Assembly: GCA_964486845.1 (NCBI GenBank)
Contig: CAZAQY010000007.1
Span: 1,688 to 65,687 of the forward strand
Length of the DNA: 64,000 nucleotides
Origin: an uncultured Pirellulaceae bacterium
GTDB taxonomy: Bacteria; Planctomycetota; Planctomycetia; Pirellulales; Pirellulaceae
Direction of reading: 5' to 3'
A program made the position numbers and the translations under genes. Numbering within the stretch: position 1 is the stretch's first letter; every line of letters starts with the position of its first letter. This document shows positions 56,403 to 64,000 of this stretch, one piece after another. The notes below the pieces were generated by a model. It had not been told where the DNA came from. It worked only from the letters and a program-made list of their open reading frames with translations, and did no database searches.

Positions 56403-57238
56403 GGCTTGCCTCCCGCCGGCGCGTCGCGCGCCGCCGACTCGCTCTCCGGCGTTTCCGGCGGCGAGGTCGTGTAATGGTGCTTGGCGAAAACCGCTTGACC
56501 TTCGGGCGAGGTCAGCAGGGCGACGAACTGCCGGGCCAGATCCGGCTGCCGGCTGGACCGCAGCACGCCCACGGCCACGGTCGAAACTACGTTCTGGCCG
56601 GCAGGGATCGCCACCGTTTCGGTCTTGTCGGCAAAGTTGGCGGCCACGGCATCCCAGACGATGGCCGCGTCCAAGGCGCCTACCCCGACGTTCATTCCCA
56701 GTTCGTTGACCGTCAGCGCGCGGAAAGACACCTGGTCCGCCACGTCTTTCGCGCTGATCCCCGCCCGCTGGAAGATCTGCTCGCAAGTCCGCCCAATCGC
56801 ACAGGCCTGAATGTCGCCCAGTCCGACTTTCACGCCGGTTTGCAGCAGATCCTGCAGCGTACGAATGCCTTTCGGATTGCCTTTCTGGACCAGGATCACC
56901 GGCACGAAGTAGCAGACGGTGCTCTTCTCGGCGACCAATCCCTCCGCCTCGGCCTGTTCGATGTAGAACACTTCGCCGGGCATGTACAAATCGCCTTGGC
57001 CGGTCAGCTTGATGCGGCTCAGCAGCAGTTCGCTGCCGGCGTAATCGCATTCGATCTGCACGTTGTGCCGCCTGCCGAACTCCTCGGCCAACTCGGCGAC
57101 GGGCCAGCGCAGGCCGGCCCCGCAGTACAACATCAACGCCGGCTGCGGCGGAGCCTCAGGCGGACCCTCCGAAGGCCGGCAGCCTGCCAGCAGAAGGACC
57201 AGGCCGGCAACCAGCGTTGCCGGTGCGTTACTTGACAT
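56399..57238 (-). CDS. Periplasmic substrate-binding lipoprotein, ModA/molybdate-tungstate-like PBP2 family (copy 1)
   Basis: Lipobox LVLLLAGC. LMLYCGAGLRWPVAELAEEF...AGSELLLSRIKLTGQGDLYMPG resembles ModA-type binding proteins. Confidence 0.65.
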   Translation of the reverse strand: MSSNAPATLVAGLVLLLAGCRPSEGPPEAPPQPALMLYCGAGLRWPVAELAEEFGRRHNVQIECDYAGSELLLSRIKLTGQGDLYMPGEVFYIEQAEAEGLVAEKSTVCYFVPVILVQKGNPKGIRTLQDLLQTGVKVGLGDIQACAIGRTCEQIFQRAGISAKDVADQVSFRALTVNELGMNVGVGALDAAIVWDAVAANFADKTETVAIPAGQNVVSTVAVGVLRSSRQPDLARQFVALLTSPEGQAVFAKHHYTTSPPETPESESAARDAPAGGKP

Positions 57239-58097
57239 AACCGAACTCCGTGAACACCTTCTCGCCGTGCTGCTCGGCGAACTTCAAGAACGCCTCGACG
57301 CGATCCTGGTTCTGCGAAAAGGACAGCCCGATCACGCCCACCCGCACCTCCTGGTCGTATTCGTAGGGCGTCGGGACGACCTCGACGGCGTCCAGGAAGT
57401 TGTGGGCCACGCCGTTCCACATGATACCCGCGTCGCCGAAGCCGAGCTGCAGCTTGGTGCCGATTTCCGAATGGTGCTTGAACATCGCGTTGCCGACGTT
57501 GGCCAGCACCTGGTCCTTGATCCCCTTCTTGTCCAGCAGCGCCATCACCATCTCGCCGCAGGTGGTGTACTCGGGGTTGTTCAGCAGCACCTGCAATCCC
57601 GGCTTGGCCAGGTCCTCGATCTTTTCGATCTTTTTCGGGTTGCCCTTGGGCACCACCAGGCACGGGGCCAGGTAGCCGACGCGGACCCAGCGGAGCATGG
57701 CGCCGAACTCCTCCGTCTTGTCCATGTAGGGGTCGTGCGTGATGAACAGGTCCCCGCCGGCTTTCAATTTGACTTGGGGCAGCAACTCCTCCGAGCCTCC
57801 GAACGAGAGCACGACCGTGTGCCCCGTCTCCTTCTGGAACATCTCGACAAGCTTCTCCGTGGGCGGACGGAACGACGTGCCGCAAAGGATCACCAATTCG
57901 TCCCCGGACGACGGCTCAGGAGCGGCCGCGCCTTCTGGTGTCGCTTCGGCCGCCGGCGCTGCCGGTGCCTCCGGCGCAACCGCTGTCGTGGGCGGGGGAG
58001 CAGACGCGGGCGGCGCCCCAGCGGGCCCGCATCCGACGGCTGCGAGGAGGCTCATCGCGGCGAACAAACACGCTGCTCGTTGAATCCGTGGCGACAT
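57228..58097 (-). CDS. Periplasmic substrate-binding lipoprotein, ModA-like PBP2 family (copy 2, with a Pro/Ala-rich linker)
   Basis: Lipobox LLAAVGC, then a ~45-aa PA-rich linker, then LVILCGTSFRPPTEKLVEMF...GGSEELLPQVKLKAGGDLFITHD. It is paralogous to copy 1. Confidence 0.65.
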   Translation of the reverse strand: MSPRIQRAACLFAAMSLLAAVGCGPAGAPPASAPPPTTAVAPEAPAAPAAEATPEGAAAPEPSSGDELVILCGTSFRPPTEKLVEMFQKETGHTVVLSFGGSEELLPQVKLKAGGDLFITHDPYMDKTEEFGAMLRWVRVGYLAPCLVVPKGNPKKIEKIEDLAKPGLQVLLNNPEYTTCGEMVMALLDKKGIKDQVLANVGNAMFKHHSEIGTKLQLGFGDAGIMWNGVAHNFLDAVEVVPTPYEYDQEVRVGVIGLSFSQNQDRVEAFLKFAEQHGEKVFTEFGYVK

Positions 58098-58361
58098 TTC
58101 CTTCACCTCTTCCAGGCCTGCTGCGGCCATTCTGACGGCATTTTTTGTGGCGGCCAGCCGCAGCCGGCCACTGAGAGACCAAACCTTGTGTACGAATCAT
58201 ACCGTAAACCGAAGCGGCGTGTGGACACGCCCCCCTCAAAAGTTTTCTCCGGAAGCATGGGAACGCACCACGCCAAGGGGACAGGATCACAAGTTGGATA
58301 CTCATGATCGGAGGCGAACCATTGCTCTTCTGCCCTTTGTTTTTCTGTCACTCCATCTTTC

Positions 58362-58450
58362 TTGACACCCTCCACCACGTCTGCTAACATGCTTGGCTGG
58401 AAGATAACGCCCCGACTCTGGGGCCATGAGGGTCGGGGCGTTCTTGTTGC
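58362..58450 (+). promoter_or_regulatory. Candidate promoter plus a strong 5' hairpin with a U-tract
   Basis: TTGACA (58362-67), a 17-nt spacer, then TAACAT (58385-90). This is followed by CGCCCCGAC (58408-16), a 15-nt loop, GTCGGGGCG (58432-40) and TTCTTGTTG. Confidence 0.3.
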
Positions 58451-58478
58451 TGCTTGCCCCTGTCGCGTGGGGACGAAG

Positions 58479-59330
58479 ATGAACCGCATCGCCGGCGAGC
58501 AGAAACGGCAGAACGACCAGAGCCGCGGGCGATGGGACCTTTACGCTCCGCACCGCAGCCGCGTGACTCGGTTGCTGACCGACGCAGCCCCGCCCGAGGC
58601 CGAGCCTCATGGGCGGCTATGCGTGCTGGGGGCGGGAAACTCGAACGACCTGGACCTGCGGACGCTGCTGCAGGCGTACGCCCAGGTGCATTTGGTGGAC
58701 TTGGATGCGATCGCTCTTCAATCTGGCGTTGACAGCCAGGGTTGCGGGCAGACCGATCGCATCCGCCTGTACGGCAACGTGGATCTGACGTTCATCGCCG
58801 ACCGCCTGGCGCTCGGAACACCGCAGCAGCCGCCGAGCGACGGCGAGTTGGAGTTCTGTGCGAGGACGCTGGCGGCCCATCCGCCACTGGACATTCCGAG
58901 CCCCTTCGACACGGTCGCTTCGGTGTGCTTGCTGACCCAGTTGATGCAGTGCGTCGGATTGAGTCTGGGCGAGCATCATCCGCGGTTTGTCGAAACGATC
59001 ATGCGCCTGCGAGCCCAGCATCTGGGGCTGCTGCTGGAGTTGCTGCGTCCCGGGGGAACCGCGGTGCTGGTCTTGGACTTTGTCTCTTCGAAGACCTGCC
59101 CCGAGTTACCCCAGATCCCGGAATCGCGCCTCTTCGACAAAGCCATTGAACTGATCCAGCGGCGGAACTTCTTCACCGGCGTCAACCCGTTTGTGATCCG
59201 CCACCTGTTCGAATCCGACCCCAGCCTGGCACCCGCGGTCCAGAGTGTGCAGATGACCGCTCCCTGGCTGTGGGACTTCGGCCCGCGCGTCTACCTGGTG
59301 TGTGCGATTCTCGTCCGGCGAAAGCCTTGA
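58479..59330 (+). CDS. Class I SAM-dependent methyltransferase-like protein
   Basis: LCVLGAGNSNDLDL (motif I-like), VHLVDLD, FDTVASVCLLTQL and LLRPGGTAVLV. The start is uncertain: ATG 58479 follows GGGGACGAAG, with alternatives at 58389 and 58362. Confidence 0.5.
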   Translation: MNRIAGEQKRQNDQSRGRWDLYAPHRSRVTRLLTDAAPPEAEPHGRLCVLGAGNSNDLDLRTLLQAYAQVHLVDLDAIALQSGVDSQGCGQTDRIRLYGNVDLTFIADRLALGTPQQPPSDGELEFCARTLAAHPPLDIPSPFDTVASVCLLTQLMQCVGLSLGEHHPRFVETIMRLRAQHLGLLLELLRPGGTAVLVLDFVSSKTCPELPQIPESRLFDKAIELIQRRNFFTGVNPFVIRHLFESDPSLAPAVQSVQMTAPWLWDFGPRVYLVCAILVRRKP

Positions 59331-59437
59331 TCGCTGCGAGAATCGCGTCTCGAAGGTCGAGCATCAGCGCTGGAGCACGAAATCAGCGACCTGGTCAACG
59401 GTACGTACGGCCTGACGCCTGACGAGATCGCCCTGAT

Positions 59438-59638
59438 GTGGAAAACCGCGAACCCGACCGAGAAACGCGCAACCGAAAACCCCTGGAGCCGAACGCCTTG
59501 GCGGATTGGGAGTTGCGGATTGGCGACTATCGAGTGTTCTATGACATCGACATCGCCGGGACGACGGTGAAAATCAAAGCGATCGGCCACAAAGAACACA
59601 ACCGCCTCGTCATCCGAGGCAAGGAGTATCCGTCATGA
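59438..59638 (+). pseudogene. RelE/ParE-family toxin, C-terminal half only
   Basis: LADWELRIGDYRVFYDIDIAGTTVKIKAIGHKEH matches the conserved RelE/ParE core (W.LRvGDYRviY.id....V.i..igHR). The ~40 N-terminal residues of the fold are absent. Confidence 0.55.
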
Positions 59639-59910
59639 AGACCATCGAACTCACGGCTGCGCCGCCGCGCACAGAAGACGTTCTCCAGCTTGCGGAGGGC
59701 GACAGTCTGGTTGTTCGGACGCCAAACGGGAAGTCCTTCCTGATCGCCGAAATGGACCGCCGCGACGACGCAGAGGACGACTTTGCCCAGGAGGTGGCGT
59801 TGGCGCGGGGCAATAGGGCGCTGAGGGAATTGCTGGCTGAGCGGTCGCGCGAGCCGGGCCGGTACTCGTTGGAGCAAGTGCGCGAGAAATTGGGGCTAAG
59901 GCCGCTCTGA
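59635..59910 (+). CDS. Putative antitoxin-like small protein
   Basis: MKTIELTAAP...SLVVRTPNGKSFLIAEMD...RELLAERSREPGRYSLEQVREKLGL. Its start overlaps the toxin-fragment stop (ATGA). Confidence 0.4.
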   Translation: MKTIELTAAPPRTEDVLQLAEGDSLVVRTPNGKSFLIAEMDRRDDAEDDFAQEVALARGNRALRELLAERSREPGRYSLEQVREKLGLRPL

Positions 59911-60046
59911 CGCGGTGCATACATCGGTGTGTTCAGTGTCTAGAGTTGATCATACGGCTGGCGAGATCGGCGTCACGTAGTCCACCGCCCCGCCGCGGAT
60001 GCCGATTGCCGGGCCTGAAAGGAAGATGTCACAATCGCGATTGGAA

Positions 60047-61366
60047 CTACGCCAATTGCGCCCGATTCTCGTAGATCTTGGCAATCGCGTTGGCGATGTC
60101 GTCCATGTCTTCCTTGGTTCCCAGCAGGACATTCTGGCTGAAGCAGACGGCCTCGTTGCACAGCGCGTCGTTGTCTGGGCACTCGATCTGCGCGCGGCAG
60201 TGGTCGAGTTGCTCTTTGGAGTACATCCGCTGGAAGTTGCGGGAACTGAGCGTGTTCTCGATGAACGACGCCTTGTTCAATGGGCCGTAGCCGCCGCCGC
60301 CGGGGATGCCCTCCCGCTGCAATGCGGCCAGGAACTTCGAGCGGGGTACGCCGCCGAATGCTTCCGGATCGTACCGCAGCGGATACAAATGATAGGCGGC
60401 CCGCGTCACGCCGTCGTACAGCCGGTGCGGCGCAATGCCGGGGATCTCGCGCAGCTTCGACGTCAGGTAGGTCGCGTTCTGCCAACGGCGCTCCGACTGC
60501 TCCTCCAGTCGCTGCATTTGGGCCAGCAGGATGGCCGCCTGGAACTCGGTCATGCGGAACTTCGTGCCCAGCAACGGCCCGCCGCGCCCGAAGTTGTGGT
60601 AGGAATTCGCCCGATCCATCAGCTTGTCGTCGGCGCCTAACACGGCGCCGCCTTCGCCGCAGGTCAGGTGCTTTGAGTTCTGGAAACTGAAGCAGCCCAG
60701 ATGGCCGAGCGTGCCGCACTTCTTGCCCTTGTATTCCGCCAGCCACGCCTGGCAGGCGTCTTCCACGACCACCAGGTTGTGCTTCTTGGCGATGGCGTTG
60801 ATCCGGTCCATGTCGGCCGGCAGCCCGTAGATGTGAACCGGCAGAATGGCCTTGGTGTTCGGCGTGATTTTCGCTTCCATCTTCTCCGGGTTCACCAGGA
60901 ACGTCTCGCGGTCCGTATCGACCATGATGGGCAGAGCGCCCGACAGGAGGATGACCTGAACCGACGCGCAGAACGTGTACGGGCCGACCAGCACCTCGTC
61001 GCCCACGCCGATATCGAGTGCATTGAGCGCCGTGAGCAACGCACTGGTGCCGCTGGTGACCGCCAGGCAGCGTTTGGCTCCCAACAATTCGGCGTACTTT
61101 TTCTCGAACTCGGCCACGACCTTCGATCGCGACCAGACGCCGCTGCGGAGCACCGACAGGACCAGTTCCTCGTCACGTTCCTTGTCCCAGACGGGCCAGC
61201 CAGGGAACCCCTTGGTGCGCACCGGCGTGCCGCCCTTGATTGCCAGTTTGCTCGCCACCCCGCTCGCCGCCGCACGTGCCGGAACGGCTTGTCCGGCCAC
61301 TGCGGCCAAGGAGCCCAAGGAAGTTGCCGCCACAAATTGCCGTCGGTTCAAACGCGGAGTGTCCAT
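60047..61366 (-). CDS. DegT/DnrJ/EryC1/StrS family PLP-dependent aminotransferase with a Tat signal
   Basis: NRRQFVAATSLGSLAAVAGQAVPARAAAS twin-arginine leader. VTSGTSALLTAL, VPYTFCAS, PVHIYGLPADMD and FSFQNSKHLTCGEGG (PLP-Lys context). Confidence 0.85.
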   Translation of the reverse strand: MDTPRLNRRQFVAATSLGSLAAVAGQAVPARAAASGVASKLAIKGGTPVRTKGFPGWPVWDKERDEELVLSVLRSGVWSRSKVVAEFEKKYAELLGAKRCLAVTSGTSALLTALNALDIGVGDEVLVGPYTFCASVQVILLSGALPIMVDTDRETFLVNPEKMEAKITPNTKAILPVHIYGLPADMDRINAIAKKHNLVVVEDACQAWLAEYKGKKCGTLGHLGCFSFQNSKHLTCGEGGAVLGADDKLMDRANSYHNFGRGGPLLGTKFRMTEFQAAILLAQMQRLEEQSERRWQNATYLTSKLREIPGIAPHRLYDGVTRAAYHLYPLRYDPEAFGGVPRSKFLAALQREGIPGGGGYGPLNKASFIENTLSSRNFQRMYSKEQLDHCRAQIECPDNDALCNEAVCFSQNVLLGTKEDMDDIANAIAKIYENRAQLA

Positions 61367-61631
61367 TGCTCGGTCCTTTCGCAATCGCATGTAAGGGGTG
61401 GGTGGAAGGCCAGTACGTGGGAGAGTCTCCATAAACAGATTACCGAATCGCGACGAAGCCTGCAACCATCGAGAACAGACGCATCGCCTGAGCCAACGGC
61501 GCTAGCCGCGGGTTTACCGAGGCCGTCGCGTTGGAAAAAAACCGACGCTATCGCGTTCGGCTCACAAATCATCGCAACCCTGGCCAGCAACAGCACGCCT
61601 TTCCGGGGGGGCGGAGAAGGCCAAGTTCTTT

Positions 61632-63314
61632 TCAGTTTACGCGAGCCATCGGGCGACCGACCGTATCCACGGGACCGTCGAAACCGGGGCCGCCGGCGGC
61701 GACGTACCCGTGGCTCGCACCCGAGCCGTCCGGCGTGACCCAGAACGCGTAGAGGCTTCCCTTCGTGAGATGAAACCGCAGGCGAACCGTCTGACCACTT
61801 AACGCCGACAGATCGCCGGCTCCCTCCCAACGGATTTGGGCCAGCGTGGCATCCTCGCGCACGGGTAGGCACCGCTGGCGCGTAAACGGAGCGATCGGCT
61901 TGCCGTCGGCGCCCAGCACCTCCGCCCGCAGTTCGCCGCCGTCCATGTCGGCGTTCACGAACAGGTACCGGCCTTGGAAGCGGACGGGCCGCGTGGTCAC
62001 GGCGCCTGGCGTGTCGCCTGCATCGAGCGATGCGAATCCGTCGCGGCGCAGTGTGGCCAGCGCGGTCGTACAGACGCCCGACGAGGTTGAGCCGGGAATC
62101 CCTTTCCGGGCGCTCACGTAGAAGTACAGCTGATCTCCCACCACCAAGCATCCGCCGCCAGCCGACTGGACGTTGCCCCAGTTCCAGTCGCCTTGCTTCT
62201 CCGAAACCGGGTTGAACGCCCGCCGGTCGGGCCGATGCCAGTGGAAGCCATCGCGGCTGAACCCCACGCACACCTCGTTCGGCTTAGCTCGGTCCGACGG
62301 TTGGCCGCGCCAGATGGTGAACAAGCCCAGCAGCAGGCTCTCGTAGGCCACGCAGTCCAGGTTGTACAGTTGTGTGGGCGTCTTGAGATCTTGCCGCGGC
62401 GGGGCGGCGCTGTCCGCGCCGACCCACAAAACGGGCTCACCAGACTTCCACTGGGCATCGCGCAGAAAGTCCGTCGCTTCCCAATACTGGCGGATGCGTC
62501 CAAAGCCGCTCGCGCTGGCACGGATGCCATAGATCCACTTCTTCAGAAACGGATTGTAGAAGAACGTCGTCCGATCGCCCGTGGGGCCGCTGTGTACGGG
62601 CTCGCTCCAGTGGATGCCGTCCGCCGAGGTCTGGAGCACCAGACGACCGCCCGTGTAGTAGGCCATTTTGAAACGCGACTGAGGATTGTCAGTCTCCAAA
62701 TCCAGCCACACCGTGCTGGAATCACGCCTACCCTTCTGGATCAAGTTCGTGCCGGGAAACACGTCCAGTTCGGGCTTCGTCCAGTGGATGCCGTCTTTGG
62801 ACGTCGCGTAGCCGGTACCCGCCACGTAGCCGGCCATGTACCACATCTTGAACAGTCGGTCTTGGGGGTCGTAGAACACGCCGTCGCTGAAGACCATCGC
62901 GCACGGATTGGGCTCAGTCATTTCCCATGGCTTGTCCGGCACGAGCACGGGGTTCTGCGGCGTGTATTCCGCAAGGTGGTAGGTGCGTTGGAGGTCGGTT
63001 TCTTGGATCAGGAAATCGTCGACAAACAGTTGCCGCCCCACGTCGATGGGAATCACTTCCGGCGGCGGCGCGAGATACGGCGGTGTGACCGGGTCGCGCG
63101 GCAGCTGCTGCATTTGCGGCGGCCAAGTGGCCGGCAAGGCGATGCCGTTGTACAAGACCTGGCCGGCGCGGGATTGGGCCGCCGCCGGACTCGCCTGCTG
63201 AGCAAAACACCACGCCACACAATACGCGATCGCCATCGTCATCGCGACGCCGGTGGCCGTACGTCCTGAAACCTGCTGGTACGCGTTCATCGTGTTGCCC
63301 TTTCCGTCGATCAT
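61632..63314 (-). CDS. Secreted five-bladed beta-propeller glycosidase-like protein (GH32/43/68-superfamily-like) with a C-terminal beta-sandwich
   Basis: Signal peptide. PNPCAMVFSDGVFYDPQDRLFKMWY, SKDGIHWTKP, SADGIHWSEP and FSRDGFHWHRP are blade-like repeats. The family assignment is tentative. Confidence 0.5.
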   Translation of the reverse strand: MIDGKGNTMNAYQQVSGRTATGVAMTMAIAYCVAWCFAQQASPAAAQSRAGQVLYNGIALPATWPPQMQQLPRDPVTPPYLAPPPEVIPIDVGRQLFVDDFLIQETDLQRTYHLAEYTPQNPVLVPDKPWEMTEPNPCAMVFSDGVFYDPQDRLFKMWYMAGYVAGTGYATSKDGIHWTKPELDVFPGTNLIQKGRRDSSTVWLDLETDNPQSRFKMAYYTGGRLVLQTSADGIHWSEPVHSGPTGDRTTFFYNPFLKKWIYGIRASASGFGRIRQYWEATDFLRDAQWKSGEPVLWVGADSAAPPRQDLKTPTQLYNLDCVAYESLLLGLFTIWRGQPSDRAKPNEVCVGFSRDGFHWHRPDRRAFNPVSEKQGDWNWGNVQSAGGGCLVVGDQLYFYVSARKGIPGSTSSGVCTTALATLRRDGFASLDAGDTPGAVTTRPVRFQGRYLFVNADMDGGELRAEVLGADGKPIAPFTRQRCLPVREDATLAQIRWEGAGDLSALSGQTVRLRFHLTKGSLYAFWVTPDGSGASHGYVAAGGPGFDGPVDTVGRPMARVN

Positions 63315-63416
63315 GTCAGCGAGCTAGGGATCACTTGACGGCCATCGCCGGCTCGCGCCAGAATAACCCGGATTTCAGAGCCTGCCAAGGGACTTGACTC
63401 ACCGAGCCGGTCGCCC

Positions 63417-63833
63417 TCAATCCCACCACACCGTCACGATCCCATACTCATCGCGGCCGGTGCCCAAGGCGCGGTCGATTTCCTCTTGGTCCTCACAGAC
63501 CCAAACCTTGCCGCCCCAATCTTCTTCCTGGATGATTCGGGCCAACTCGCGGGCCTTGTCGCGAGTGGGCGTCAACAGGAACAGCGTGTCGGCGTTCCAG
63601 AAATTGTCGTCCAGATCGCGGAGCTTGATCAGACCCGACATGAGCAAGTGGGCCGGTTTCGCGTAGTTCGGGAGACCGGGCCGGTCCAACAAGGCCGCCA
63701 GCCACAGATCGCGGTGCGCCAGCAGGCTTGCCAGCACCCGCTCTCCGTCCAGAGCATTCCACCGGGCACGACGCAGAAGCTCCAGCTGGATGTCCTGGAC
63801 GGTGGCGTCGCGAAGCAAAAGTGATTCGTTCAT
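63417..63833 (-). CDS. Hypothetical protein (138 aa)
   Basis: ORF with plausible composition starting at MNESLLLRDATVQDIQLELL. No family recognised. Confidence 0.4.
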   Translation of the reverse strand: MNESLLLRDATVQDIQLELLRRARWNALDGERVLASLLAHRDLWLAALLDRPGLPNYAKPAHLLMSGLIKLRDLDDNFWNADTLFLLTPTRDKARELARIIQEEDWGGKVWVCEDQEEIDRALGTGRDEYGIVTVWWD

Positions 63834-64000
63834 GGGGCAAAGGGAAGGCATAAGGGATACAAATTTCCTTTTCCCGACACGTCCGATTGTAAGCAGGAGG
63901 AGGCGGTGACGCAAGGAGGAAGGAGGGGGCAGCATAGGTGGCACTGAGAGTATTTGACGGGGATGCACGGGCCTGCCATAATCGTCGGCGGAGAGGAGAT

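Noticed and set aside
55576-57050. N-terminal extensions of the ABC ATPase ORF (to 56190) and the permease ORF (to 57050)
   Set aside because: The extensions overlap the upstream genes in other frames and are Arg/Gly-rich. Internal starts with ATGA/GTGA stop-start overlaps give normal-length proteins.
1-64000. CRISPR arrays, rRNA genes, and IS elements or transposases
   Set aside because: No short direct-repeat/spacer periodicity, no rRNA-like sequence and no transposase-like ORF was seen. Repetition in the giant gene is at the protein level only.

Overview
High-GC chromosomal segment (GC judged by eye, not computed). Gene content and protein styles fit a Planctomycetota-like genome, but that placement is an inference. 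About 41% of the window is one uninterrupted minus-strand ORF (10973-37489, 8,838 aa). It encodes a mosaic surface or adhesin-type giant protein. Its domains are a degenerate metzincin-like domain, four PPC-like beta-sandwiches, duplicated beta-helix-like segments, an embedded vWA domain, a split GEVED-type domain, six cadherin-like repeats and a C-terminal dockerin-like EF-hand pair. It also carries about 30 copies of a roughly 100-aa bipartite module (DGxxFxIxDG...FEFD plus an IAxxIxxAI helix plus GxGxVHLGG) that I cannot assign to any named family. This module array is my best candidate for something undescribed. The left end holds a tRNA-Pro(UGG) with an adjacent nonsense-disrupted integrase (island boundary), then parB-parA with three canonical parS sites, a DUF1015 gene, ahcY and trpF. 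Next comes a 4-gene type-II-FAS-like operon (FabZ-like hotdog, long ACP, His-less hotdog, KAS II). A fused hotdog-hotdog paralog of the two hotdog genes lies 36 kb away. Right of the giant gene are a DPP-IV-type S9 peptidase, a small secreted glycan-degradation cluster, a TadG-like vWA protein and a selD gene. The selD N-terminus is only recovered by reading an in-frame UGA as selenocysteine, and a SECIS-like hairpin follows it. Further right are plsC, cmk, a prenyltransferase-fold protein, an orphan groES, a ModABC-like transporter with two tandem lipoprotein binding proteins, a truncated RelE/antitoxin mosaic, a Tat-signal DegT aminotransferase and a beta-propeller glycosidase-like protein. 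At least five genes are decayed: the integrase, ptsI, an amidohydrolase, a BNR-sialidase-like gene and a gluconolactonase. No CRISPR array, rRNA or intact transposon was seen. All family calls come from motif recognition by eye, and no database search was run.
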